Source of the DNA: Reclinomonas americana ATCC 50394
Taxonomy: Eukaryota
DNA: 64,000 bases
Direction: 5' to 3'
Assembly (NCBI GenBank): GCA_048213135.1
Contig: PS015009.1
Span: forward strand, 1,178,001-1,242,000
Of the stretch, positions 1 through 8,007 are shown piece after piece (within the stretch, counting starts at the first letter, position 1; each line of letters starts with the position of its first letter). A program made the translations under genes and the position numbers. The notes under the pieces are model-generated. The model saw only the letters and a list, made by a program, of their open reading frames with translations, was not told the origin of the DNA and did no database searches.

Positions 1-23
1 TAAAAAAAGGAGGCCGCTTTCAT
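1..23 (-). CDS. 5' end of a gene running off the left edge (MKAASFF...)
   Basis: ATG at 23 on the minus strand, downstream of a TAGTTTTG element (48-55) and twin boxes (79-90, 101-112). Confidence 0.5.
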
Positions 24-47
24 GTTATGTGTTTTATTTATTTCCGG

Positions 48-112
48 CAAAACTAATTTCCGGGCCGGGCCGCAGGCATAACCGGGGTCAGCCATTGTTA
101 TGAATTTTATCA
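48..112 (-). promoter_or_regulatory. TAnnTTTG promoter with twin TGAY-N4-RTCA boxes
   Basis: + strand CAAAACTA 48-55; TAACCGGGGTCA 79-90; TGAATTTTATCA 101-112. Confidence 0.65.
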
Positions 113-130
113 GTATCCCGGTAAAAATGT

Positions 131-583
131 TCAGCCCTGCTCAAACCTTCCCGACATTTCCTTTACCTCTATCCTGAAAATCACCATTTTCGGAATGGCA
201 GTACCGTCAGACTTCCTTTCTTCGCCGGATTCCGGGGAAACAGCCGTGGCACTGACTTTCAGCTTCAGCATTCGGGATACGAACAACTGCATTGCTTCGT
301 ACCGGTCCAGTTCTTCCGTAATCTCTTCGTAAACGCCCTGTACGATGACAGATCTCCAGCTGGTATTGTCAGCGATTTTATCCACCTCGAAACATACCAG
401 GGGATTTTGCCTCATCCATTCCACTTTCTGGCCTTCCTGCCCGTGCACAATGATGTACCCGTTATCGTATACATAATTGACGGGGACGACATAAGTTTTG
501 CCGTTATTGCTGCAACCGATCCTGCCTGTTGCGGAATCAGTAAGCAGGTCTTCCATTTCTTCCCTCGTTAATTTTCCCAGCAT
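131..583 (-). CDS. Pyridoxamine 5'-phosphate oxidase-like flavin-binding protein
   Basis: GRIGC..YVVPVNY, G.K, NPLVCFEVD, WRSVIVQG motifs. Confidence 0.85.
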   Translation of the reverse strand: MLGKLTREEMEDLLTDSATGRIGCSNNGKTYVVPVNYVYDNGYIIVHGQEGQKVEWMRQNPLVCFEVDKIADNTSWRSVIVQGVYEEITEELDRYEAMQLFVSRMLKLKVSATAVSPESGEERKSDGTAIPKMVIFRIEVKEMSGRFEQG

Positions 584-620
584 AGTACCTGATTTTTTAT
601 GATGATCATTCCGTTTAGTC

Positions 621-1466
621 TTAGTGATGTGTAATGAATAAGGGCAGCTTCAGTTCCCGCATCAGTACATCAGCCATGCTGGGCCTGAACCATCGTGACA
701 CCATGCCCCTGCGGTAAGCACCCAGTACAACCAGGGAAGAAGCCCCTGTCTTTTTTAAATAAGTGGTGATGGTCTCTTCCGCATCTCCTTTCAGTACAAT
801 GTACCCGGCAGCAGGATAATGTCTTTTCATGAATTCTTTCATCAGCCTGGTGTCCGGCAGCCGCAGGTTTTGCCCGGCGGATTTTACACAAACCGCATCT
901 ACAGGCAAACCCTGTATATCACCCAAAACGGCGCTCATGGTCCTTATGGCATATACCGAAGCCGGCTCGCCATCGTACAGCAGAACAATCCTGTCCACCG
1001 GCCTGTACCTCGCAGGAACTGCCAGCACAGGGCATTGTACGCTTACGAGCAATTCCCTTACGAATTCCGTAGGGCGGGTACCTTTAAAGCGGCTAAATGT
1101 TTCGTGCTGACTTATTACCAGCAGGTCGGCATAAATACTTTCCTGTAAGAGCTCCTGCATTGCTATGCTTCCATCCCTGTGCACACTGTATTCCAGCTTT
1201 GCCTGCCTGCACGCCTCCTCAAATTTTTTCACCGATTCGTTACGTGTTGTTTTATCCTTTTCGCTCAGCGTTTTTTGTCTTTCCTGTGAGATACCGCTCT
1301 CTTCCTGCATCAGGTCGTATACACTGTAGCTGTGCACGGTAAAATCATCAAGAAAAATACCTACAAGGTGGGCATTGGATTGTTGGGCCAGCATGATGGC
1401 ATACTGCTTTGTACTTTCCGAAAATTTCAGGCCATCGAAAGCCGCGATTATTTTTTTCTTACTCAT
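621..1466 (-). CDS. Universal stress protein (tandem USP domains)
   Basis: KKIIAAFDG start, ADLLVI, CPVLAVP, LVVLGAY..G, PLFITH end. Confidence 0.85.
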   Translation of the reverse strand: MSKKKIIAAFDGLKFSESTKQYAIMLAQQSNAHLVGIFLDDFTVHSYSVYDLMQEESGISQERQKTLSEKDKTTRNESVKKFEEACRQAKLEYSVHRDGSIAMQELLQESIYADLLVISQHETFSRFKGTRPTEFVRELLVSVQCPVLAVPARYRPVDRIVLLYDGEPASVYAIRTMSAVLGDIQGLPVDAVCVKSAGQNLRLPDTRLMKEFMKRHYPAAGYIVLKGDAEETITTYLKKTGASSLVVLGAYRRGMVSRWFRPSMADVLMRELKLPLFITHH

Positions 1467-1503
1467 GATTATTTAATTGACCGGAACGAGGTTAAAACAT
1501 AAT

Positions 1504-1568
1504 CAAATCTAGGCCGGGAAAACAGGTATAGTTATGATGGCAGTTACCGGTTAAACTGATCTTCGTCA
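1504..1568 (-). promoter_or_regulatory. TAnnTTTG promoter with twin TGAY-N4-RTCA boxes
   Basis: CAAATCTA 1504-1511; TGATGGCAGTTA 1535-1546; TGATCTTCGTCA 1557-1568. Confidence 0.7.
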
Positions 1569-1576
1569 GACCGGCG

Positions 1577-2284
1577 TCAGGGTTTAGGACAGCAGACTGG
1601 CGTTTTGTGCGCCGCGGCGGCGGGGCTGATATAGGGAATACCCAGGCCCATTCCCCTGAGTATGAGCAGTGAAGCCATGAACACCATCATATAGGGGTAA
1701 GCCTTCCGCACGAGTCTGCGGAAAGAGAGACCGATAAAATTGCCGAAGAAGGAAATACACCACATGACGGGTACGGTTCCCATAGCGAAGAATATCATAA
1801 AGAGTACGGCATTGCCTACAGAACCGGTGGCCGTTGCGGCAGCGGCAGCCATGTATACCAGTCCGCAGGGCAGCAGCCCATTGAGTACGCCGATGAAAAA
1901 AAGCGACCGGTAATTTTTTTGATGAAACAGTTTTCCCAGGGCGGAACGAAGCTGGCCAAGAGCGTATAACACTTTATTGCTCTTGCCGCCGGTACCGGAA
2001 AATTTCGGCACTACAATAAATAAAAGTATGAGTATGCCCATCACCAGGGAAAGCCATTGCTGGAAACCGAAGAGTGACATGGTTTGGCCCAGCAAACCAA
2101 ACATCAACCCAAATAAAGCATAGGTAACCGCCCTTCCGGCATTGTAAAGAAATACACCGGAAAATTTCGACCAGTTGCTGTCTTCCCGCAATGGGAGGGA
2201 TAACGCCAGCGGCCCGCACATGCCTGCGCAGTGAAAGCTGCCGATGATGCCAATGCTAAAAGCTGTTATTGCGAGTTGCTCCAT
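1577..2284 (-). CDS. TauE/SafE-like (DsbD_2) membrane protein, cbb3 oxidase accessory
   Basis: SFHCAGMCGP and NGLLPCGLVY motifs, several TM segments, last gene of the cco cluster. Confidence 0.85.
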   Translation of the reverse strand: MEQLAITAFSIGIIGSFHCAGMCGPLALSLPLREDSNWSKFSGVFLYNAGRAVTYALFGLMFGLLGQTMSLFGFQQWLSLVMGILILLFIVVPKFSGTGGKSNKVLYALGQLRSALGKLFHQKNYRSLFFIGVLNGLLPCGLVYMAAAAATATGSVGNAVLFMIFFAMGTVPVMWCISFFGNFIGLSFRRLVRKAYPYMMVFMASLLILRGMGLGIPYISPAAAAHKTPVCCPKP

Positions 2285-2299
2285 GATCTGTTACCGGTA

Positions 2300-2731
2300 T
2301 CAGATAAATACTTTCTTTTCGAGGTAATAATTCAATCTGCCGCATTCCCAGCTCAGCTTTATGGTATGCAGTCCGTGGTTACCGGGAGGCAATGCGAAAA
2401 GGAAACGGCTGGTGGTATCATTAAAATCCCGGTGCAGGTCTTTTTTCTCGTCTGCCGGGAAATACAGGTGCAGTTGTCCTTTTACACGTTGTCCTGTAAA
2501 ATTATTTTCAAAATCCACTTTCAGTGAATCCGCCGTAACCGTTACAGATACGGGCTGTTTCAGTGAAGCTGTTCTTTTCATTTCTTCAATCTTATCCTGG
2601 TATTTCAATTCCTGCTCGTAATAGTTGGTGGTTACCAGGTCGGTTTGCTCCCTGCTGGATTTATACACCAGGAAAAGAATACCTGCAACAAAGGTTCCGT
2701 AAACGATCACAATTTTATATCCCCAGCTCAT
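2300..2731 (-). CDS. ccoH: FixH/CcoH family protein
   Basis: MSWG..I...Y..F N-terminal TM, DLV..NYYEQELKYQ motif, follows ccoG. Confidence 0.85.
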   Translation of the reverse strand: MSWGYKIVIVYGTFVAGILFLVYKSSREQTDLVTTNYYEQELKYQDKIEEMKRTASLKQPVSVTVTADSLKVDFENNFTGQRVKGQLHLYFPADEKKDLHRDFNDTTSRFLFALPPGNHGLHTIKLSWECGRLNYYLEKKVFI

Positions 2732-2742
2732 AACGATACTAT

Positions 2743-4245
2743 TTAGTTGTATACTTCGGGGCCGATGAAGGCCGCCTTGATTGTTTTCAGTTTTTTTCCG
2801 CCTTCATATAGTCCTATTTTAATCGACGTTTTCCAGCCTTGTACATCTTTTCGGTTAAGTTTTACGAAGAACTGGAAACTGGTATAATCTTCTTTTTTAA
2901 TGGTAAGGCCGTTCTTGCCTATCATACTGATCTCCCCGGGTATATTCTCCAGCCGCAATTCAAAAGGAATGTCCTTACGCGTTTTGTTCACCAGTTTCAG
3001 GTTGTAGAGGTTGCTGATGCGGCCATCGGGCAGTGACGTGTAGGTCATGCCGGCCGTTCGCATGAGTGTAGCGTCAAGATCGGTACGGCCCAGCATAAGA
3101 AAGATAAGCAGGCAAAGCAGCCCCGCCAATACAGCAGAATAGGCTTTCACACGGCGGGTAAATTTCAACTTTTCTCCTTTCAGGATACTGTTCTCCGATG
3201 CGTAACGGATAAGCCCTTCTGGTTTTTTTACGCCCTTCATCACCGCATCACAGGCATCCATACACGCTGTACAGTTGATGCATTCCAACTGGGTGCCATT
3301 CCTGATATCGATACCCGTGGGACACACCCTCACGCAGGCGGCGCAATCAACGCAATCGCCCTGTGCGGGGAAAAGCGCCTGCAATTTTTCCGACAGTGAT
3401 TTACAGGCACCCTCTTCTTTGCAGTCCACGCATTTACAATCCTCCCCTGTAACAGGCTCCGGTTCTTTATTTTTTTTCAACCTGCCCCTCGGTTCACCTC
3501 TCTTATGATCGTAGGCTACAATAATGGAATTCTTGTCCAGCAATACACCCTGTAATCTTCCGTACGGACAAACGACGATGCATACCTGCTCGCGGAACCA
3601 CCAGTAAACAAAAAAGAAAATGCAGGTGAAGACAAACAGCGACACCAGTGTTCCTGTATGTGCAGCCGGGTGATTGACATACCCCAGCAGGGTATCCATG
3701 CCGATCATATAGGACAGGAAAAAATTGGCGATAATAAAAGAGAGCAGGAAAAAGATGATGAACTTAAGCGTCCGCTTCCTTATCTTTTCCGCATTCCATG
3801 GCATGGCTTTCAGTTGCTTCTGCCTGGTCGCATCTCCGTCAATCCAGTACTCGATCTTCCTGAATACCATTTCCATAAAGATGGTTTGCGGGCAGGCCCA
3901 TCCGCAGAAAATACGGCCAAACACTACGGTGAACACGATCACAAATACAATGAATGTGAGCATAACAATACCGAAGATGAAAAAGTCCTGCGGCCAGAAT
4001 ACCATCCCGAATAAGATGAACTTCCTCTCCAGCACATTCATCATGAAGAAGGGTTCTCCTTCCACCTTAATGAACGGAAGCGTAAAGAATACGGCGAGGT
4101 AGAAAATACTGAACCAGGTACGCAGGCGGTAACGTTTCCCTGACGGTTTTTTAGGATTGATGAAGTTTCGCTTCCCTTCTTTGGATATGGTAGCTACGGA
4201 ATCGCGGAATGACTCCTGTACCTGTTTCGCCGTATCGGTTGCCAT
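2743..4245 (-). CDS. ccoG: Cytochrome c oxidase accessory protein CcoG (4Fe-4S)
   Basis: GRIFCGWACPQT, REQVCIVVCPYGRLQ, DCVDC..CVRVCPTGIDIR, ECINCTACMDAC. Confidence 0.95.
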   Translation of the reverse strand: MATDTAKQVQESFRDSVATISKEGKRNFINPKKPSGKRYRLRTWFSIFYLAVFFTLPFIKVEGEPFFMMNVLERKFILFGMVFWPQDFFIFGIVMLTFIVFVIVFTVVFGRIFCGWACPQTIFMEMVFRKIEYWIDGDATRQKQLKAMPWNAEKIRKRTLKFIIFFLLSFIIANFFLSYMIGMDTLLGYVNHPAAHTGTLVSLFVFTCIFFFVYWWFREQVCIVVCPYGRLQGVLLDKNSIIVAYDHKRGEPRGRLKKNKEPEPVTGEDCKCVDCKEEGACKSLSEKLQALFPAQGDCVDCAACVRVCPTGIDIRNGTQLECINCTACMDACDAVMKGVKKPEGLIRYASENSILKGEKLKFTRRVKAYSAVLAGLLCLLIFLMLGRTDLDATLMRTAGMTYTSLPDGRISNLYNLKLVNKTRKDIPFELRLENIPGEISMIGKNGLTIKKEDYTSFQFFVKLNRKDVQGWKTSIKIGLYEGGKKLKTIKAAFIGPEVYN

Positions 4246-4256
4246 ATGGATTCGCT

Positions 4257-5390
4257 TTAGCTTTTTACCGGCCCTGTACTCACTTTAGCGGAGTCTGCGG
4301 GTAGTTTTTCTTCTTCAAACAATTCTCCCTGCGGCGCTTTTCCATTGGGAGGATTGGTGCCTTTGAGGGTATGTATATAGCTGGCCAGGAAACTGATCTC
4401 TTTGGGTGTAAAATTCTTATCCCAGGCCTGCATGCCCTTGTCTGGGTAACCATTTTTTACCGACATATAAATATCGTTGAGTGAGCCTTTGTGCAGCCAG
4501 TAAGCATCGGTGAGGTTAGGTCCGGCTCCGCCTTCGCCCAGTTTTCCATGACAGGGGAAACAGGTGGTGGTAAAAATTTCCTTCCCTGCACTGATACCTG
4601 CCGCATCCGCCATAGGTACATTGTTCTCATCAATCTTGTCCTTGTTCTTCGCTTCGTAGGCCTCTTTCTGTATGCGGGCATTTTCCATTTCAGCCAGGTA
4701 TTCTTCCGTCGGATTTTTTCCATAACCCAACACATGGAAATTGAAAAGATAAATAACGGCTACGCCAATAGTGATATAAAATCCATACTTCCACCAGGGT
4801 GGCAGGGAGTTATCCAGTTCGCGGATGCCATCGTAATCATGATCGAGCAATACATCGGCTTCTTTTTCCACCGGCACTGCCCTGGTAAATATTTTTTTGT
4901 CCATGCCCGCCCACCATTTGCGCAGCGAGGATTGCTTTTTCACTTTTGGTGGCAGTAATTCAGACTGCAGCCGCCTGATGAAAAAAAGCAGGGAGAAGAT
5001 GACCAGCAGTTCTGTCAGGATAACGATCACGTAACTCCAGAACGTAGCGGAAGAAAGTCCGCCGTACCATGCCGGCACCTGTGCAGCCGCGGGGTCCTGT
5101 GCATGTGCAAGCGCCGGTGTGAGGAAAAGCGCAAGCAGTAATAATGGTAATACCTTTTGTTGTTTTTGTTTTTCCACTACCTGCCTGGCCAGCGTGATCA
5201 CCACCTGACCTACTCCCCATATCACAAAGGCCAGTACCACGGCAACGAGTACCAGTGCTGTTTGTAATAAGCCGCTGCTATTACCGGCTGGCGGAGCAGC
5301 AGGCTTTTCCTGTGCCCATAACACGGGGGTAATGGCAAGAAAGCTTAGTGCAGACAAAATAAAACGGCGGAGGCTTTTTGGTAACTTCAT
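4257..5390 (-). CDS. ccoP: cbb3-type cytochrome c oxidase subunit III (monoheme CcoP)
   Basis: DHDYDGIRELDNSLPPWW, single CFPCH heme site, GPNLTDAYW. Confidence 0.93.
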   Translation of the reverse strand: MKLPKSLRRFILSALSFLAITPVLWAQEKPAAPPAGNSSGLLQTALVLVAVVLAFVIWGVGQVVITLARQVVEKQKQQKVLPLLLLALFLTPALAHAQDPAAAQVPAWYGGLSSATFWSYVIVILTELLVIFSLLFFIRRLQSELLPPKVKKQSSLRKWWAGMDKKIFTRAVPVEKEADVLLDHDYDGIRELDNSLPPWWKYGFYITIGVAVIYLFNFHVLGYGKNPTEEYLAEMENARIQKEAYEAKNKDKIDENNVPMADAAGISAGKEIFTTTCFPCHGKLGEGGAGPNLTDAYWLHKGSLNDIYMSVKNGYPDKGMQAWDKNFTPKEISFLASYIHTLKGTNPPNGKAPQGELFEEEKLPADSAKVSTGPVKS

Positions 5391-5395
5391 ATGAC

Positions 5396-5596
5396 TTAGT
5401 TGAGATCTTGTTGTATTGCTGATGTTTCTTCTTTAGCGAGCGGAATATTGGCCAGCTCCTCTACCCTTTTCTTATCCATCCTTTTTACCAGCCAGAGCAA
5501 CACGACAAAAAAGAGGAAAAAGATGAGCAGTGATATGATCGGGTAAATATTGGCCCCGTTAATCGTTTCAACGTATTGCTTAATGAACTTGAACAT
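5396..5596 (-). CDS. ccoQ: cbb3 oxidase subunit CcoQ
   Basis: 66 aa, single TM (YPIISLLIFFLFF), between ccoNO and ccoP. Confidence 0.85.
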   Translation of the reverse strand: MFKFIKQYVETINGANIYPIISLLIFFLFFVVLLWLVKRMDKKRVEELANIPLAKEETSAIQQDLN

Positions 5597-5598
5597 GG

Positions 5599-7734
5599 TT
5601 ATGGTTTTTGTTGAGCGGTTGGAGTGCTGATGTCTTTGCCCAGTCGTTGTATATAGGCGATGAGGGCAATCACTTCCTTATCAGGCGCAATAAAAATGCT
5701 GTCCGTTTTCAGGTTACCGGCGATACCCCTCGCCTGCAGCAGCAGGTCACTGTTGGCCGTTTGTACATACGATTCGGGATAAGGCACGCCCAGGGTACGC
5801 ATGGCCCTGATCTTGGCGGGAGTAGTGGAAGTATCTAATTTTTGCTCTATCAGGAAAGCGTAGGGTGGCATGATGGATCCTTCACTCATGGAAGAAGGTT
5901 CCCTGAAGTGGCGGAAGTGCCAGCCGTCGGATTTCTTGAGATTACCGGCACCGGACCTGCCCAGGTCGGGGCCTGTACGTTTGCTGCCCCACTGGAATGG
6001 ATGATCGTATACAAATTCACCCGCCTTGGAATACTCGCCATACCGTTCCGTTTCACTGCGGAAAGGACGGATCATTTGCGAGTGGCAGGTATAACAGCCT
6101 TCCCTCACATAAATATCCCTTCCCTGCAATTCCAGCGCCGTATAGGGTTTCACGCTGCTGATAGTGGGCACGTTTGATTTAACCAGGAAGGTGGGTATCA
6201 ATTCTATGGCACCTCCTATGAGGATAACGATAAGGCTCATGACCATCAGCTGAACAGGTCTTCTTTCTATCCACCTGTGCCAGTGTTCGCCTTTGTGTGC
6301 TGTATATTCCTTTTGCAACGGGGCGGCTTCGGCGGCTTCATTGGCCACCAGCTTACCTGCCTTCACTGTTTTATAAAGGTTGTACACCATAAGTACGGCA
6401 CCGATGAGATACAGTGTACCGCCAAAAGAACGCATGGCATAGAAGGGTTTCATGTAGGTTACGGTTTCCAGGAAACTGTATTTCAACTGGCCCGCTTCTG
6501 TAAACTGTTTCCACATAGAGCTTTGGGTAAAACCGGCCCAGTACATCGGCACGGCATAGAACAGCATACCCAGCGTGCCCAGCCAGAAGTGATTGTTGGC
6601 CAGTTTTTTTGAGTACAGCGATGTATTGAAGATGCGTGGGATGAGCCAGTATAAAATGCCGAAAGTGAGCATACCGTTCCATCCTAATGCGCCCACATGC
6701 ACGTGAGCAACGATCCAATCGGTATAATGACTGATGGCGCTGATGCTTTTCAGTGACAGCATCGGTCCTTCGAATGTTGCCATGCCATATGCAGTAACGG
6801 CCACCACCATAAATTTCAGGATAACATCATCACGTACCCGGTCCCAGGCGCCGCGGAGTGTCAGCAGGCCGTTGATCATACCACCCCAGCTGGGGAATAT
6901 GAGCATAAAGGAAAAGACCACCCCCAGCGATTGCGCCCAGTTGGGCAGGGCGGTATACAACAGGTGATGGGGGCCGGCCCAGATGTATAAAAAGATAAGC
7001 GCCCAGAAATGTATGATGGAAAGACGGTAAGAATAGACAGGGCGGTTGGCCGCTTTGGGCATGAAATAGTACATCAGGCCGAGGTAAGGCGTGGTCAGGA
7101 AAAATGCCACTGCATTGTGCCCGTACCACCATTGTACCAGCGCATCCTGCACACCCGCATACCAGCTGTAGCTCTTGAAAAAAGTTACCGGCAGTTCAAA
7201 GGAGTTGACAATATGCAGTACCGCAACCGTAACGAAAGTGGCAATGTAAAACCAGATGGCCACATACAGGTGTTTCTCCCTCCGCCTGATGATGGTACCG
7301 AACATATTCCAGCCAAAAACCACCCAGATGATGGTTATGGCAATGTCGATCGGCCATTCCAGTTCGGCATATTCCTTACCCGCCGTAATACCCAGGGGAA
7401 GTGTTATAGCCGCGGCTACAATGATGAGCTGCCAGCCCCAGAAGTGGATCTTGCTTAACACATCGCTGAACATCCTTGCTTTGCAAAGCCGCTGCAGCGA
7501 ATAGTACACCCCCATAAAAATACCATTGCCCACAAAAGCGAAGATCACCGCATTGGTATGCAATGGGCGAAGCCGGCCAAATGAGCCGTACTGTGTAATG
7601 TTGAGTGATGGAAAAACAAGCTGCAGCGCTACCCATAAGCCGCCCAGCATTCCTACGATACCCCATACCATAGTGGCATAGGCAAAATTTCTGACGATCC
7701 GGTTGTCGTAATAAAATTTCTCTGCTTGCATCAT
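5599..7734 (-). CDS. ccoN: cbb3-type cytochrome c oxidase subunits I/II (CcoNO fusion)
   Basis: RLRPLHTNAVIFAF, QWWYGHNAV, WAGPHHL, HVHVG, then EGCYTCHSQMIRP and WGSKRTGPDL. Confidence 0.97.
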   Translation of the reverse strand: MMQAEKFYYDNRIVRNFAYATMVWGIVGMLGGLWVALQLVFPSLNITQYGSFGRLRPLHTNAVIFAFVGNGIFMGVYYSLQRLCKARMFSDVLSKIHFWGWQLIIVAAAITLPLGITAGKEYAELEWPIDIAITIIWVVFGWNMFGTIIRRREKHLYVAIWFYIATFVTVAVLHIVNSFELPVTFFKSYSWYAGVQDALVQWWYGHNAVAFFLTTPYLGLMYYFMPKAANRPVYSYRLSIIHFWALIFLYIWAGPHHLLYTALPNWAQSLGVVFSFMLIFPSWGGMINGLLTLRGAWDRVRDDVILKFMVVAVTAYGMATFEGPMLSLKSISAISHYTDWIVAHVHVGALGWNGMLTFGILYWLIPRIFNTSLYSKKLANNHFWLGTLGMLFYAVPMYWAGFTQSSMWKQFTEAGQLKYSFLETVTYMKPFYAMRSFGGTLYLIGAVLMVYNLYKTVKAGKLVANEAAEAAPLQKEYTAHKGEHWHRWIERRPVQLMVMSLIVILIGGAIELIPTFLVKSNVPTISSVKPYTALELQGRDIYVREGCYTCHSQMIRPFRSETERYGEYSKAGEFVYDHPFQWGSKRTGPDLGRSGAGNLKKSDGWHFRHFREPSSMSEGSIMPPYAFLIEQKLDTSTTPAKIRAMRTLGVPYPESYVQTANSDLLLQARGIAGNLKTDSIFIAPDKEVIALIAYIQRLGKDISTPTAQQKP

Positions 7735-7919
7735 TTGTTGTTTTGGTCCTGCGGATGATTGTCGTTTGTATTGATATCTGTGTTGTCGTCGAAGAGTATT
7801 CTTACCGATGGGGTATAGTCATCATCGTACTGGCCGCGTTTTACATTCCATATAAATGCCGCAAGAAAACCAACCGCCACCAGTATGCTTACGCCGATCA
7901 GGATGAACAATACACTCAC
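7731..7919 (-). CDS. ccoS: cbb3 oxidase maturation protein CcoS (GTG start)
   Basis: (M)SVLFILIGVS...FIW.VK.GQYDD.YTPSVRILFDD; start set at GTG 7919, downstream of the promoter at 7941. Confidence 0.9.
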   Translation of the reverse strand: MSVLFILIGVSILVAVGFLAAFIWNVKRGQYDDDYTPSVRILFDDNTDINTNDNHPQDQNNK

Positions 7920-7940
7920 GATAGAATTTTTTTGACAGGC

Positions 7941-8005
7941 CAAAGCTACCGTGACTGTATCCACCGGCAGATGATCATAGTCAAAGCGGGTAATGATTGT
8001 TGTCA
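7941..8005 (-). promoter_or_regulatory. cco operon promoter with twin TGAY-N4-RTCA boxes
   Basis: CAAAGCTA 7941-7948; TGATCATAGTCA 7972-7983; TGATTGTTGTCA 7994-8005. Confidence 0.75.
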
Positions 8006-8007
8006 GT

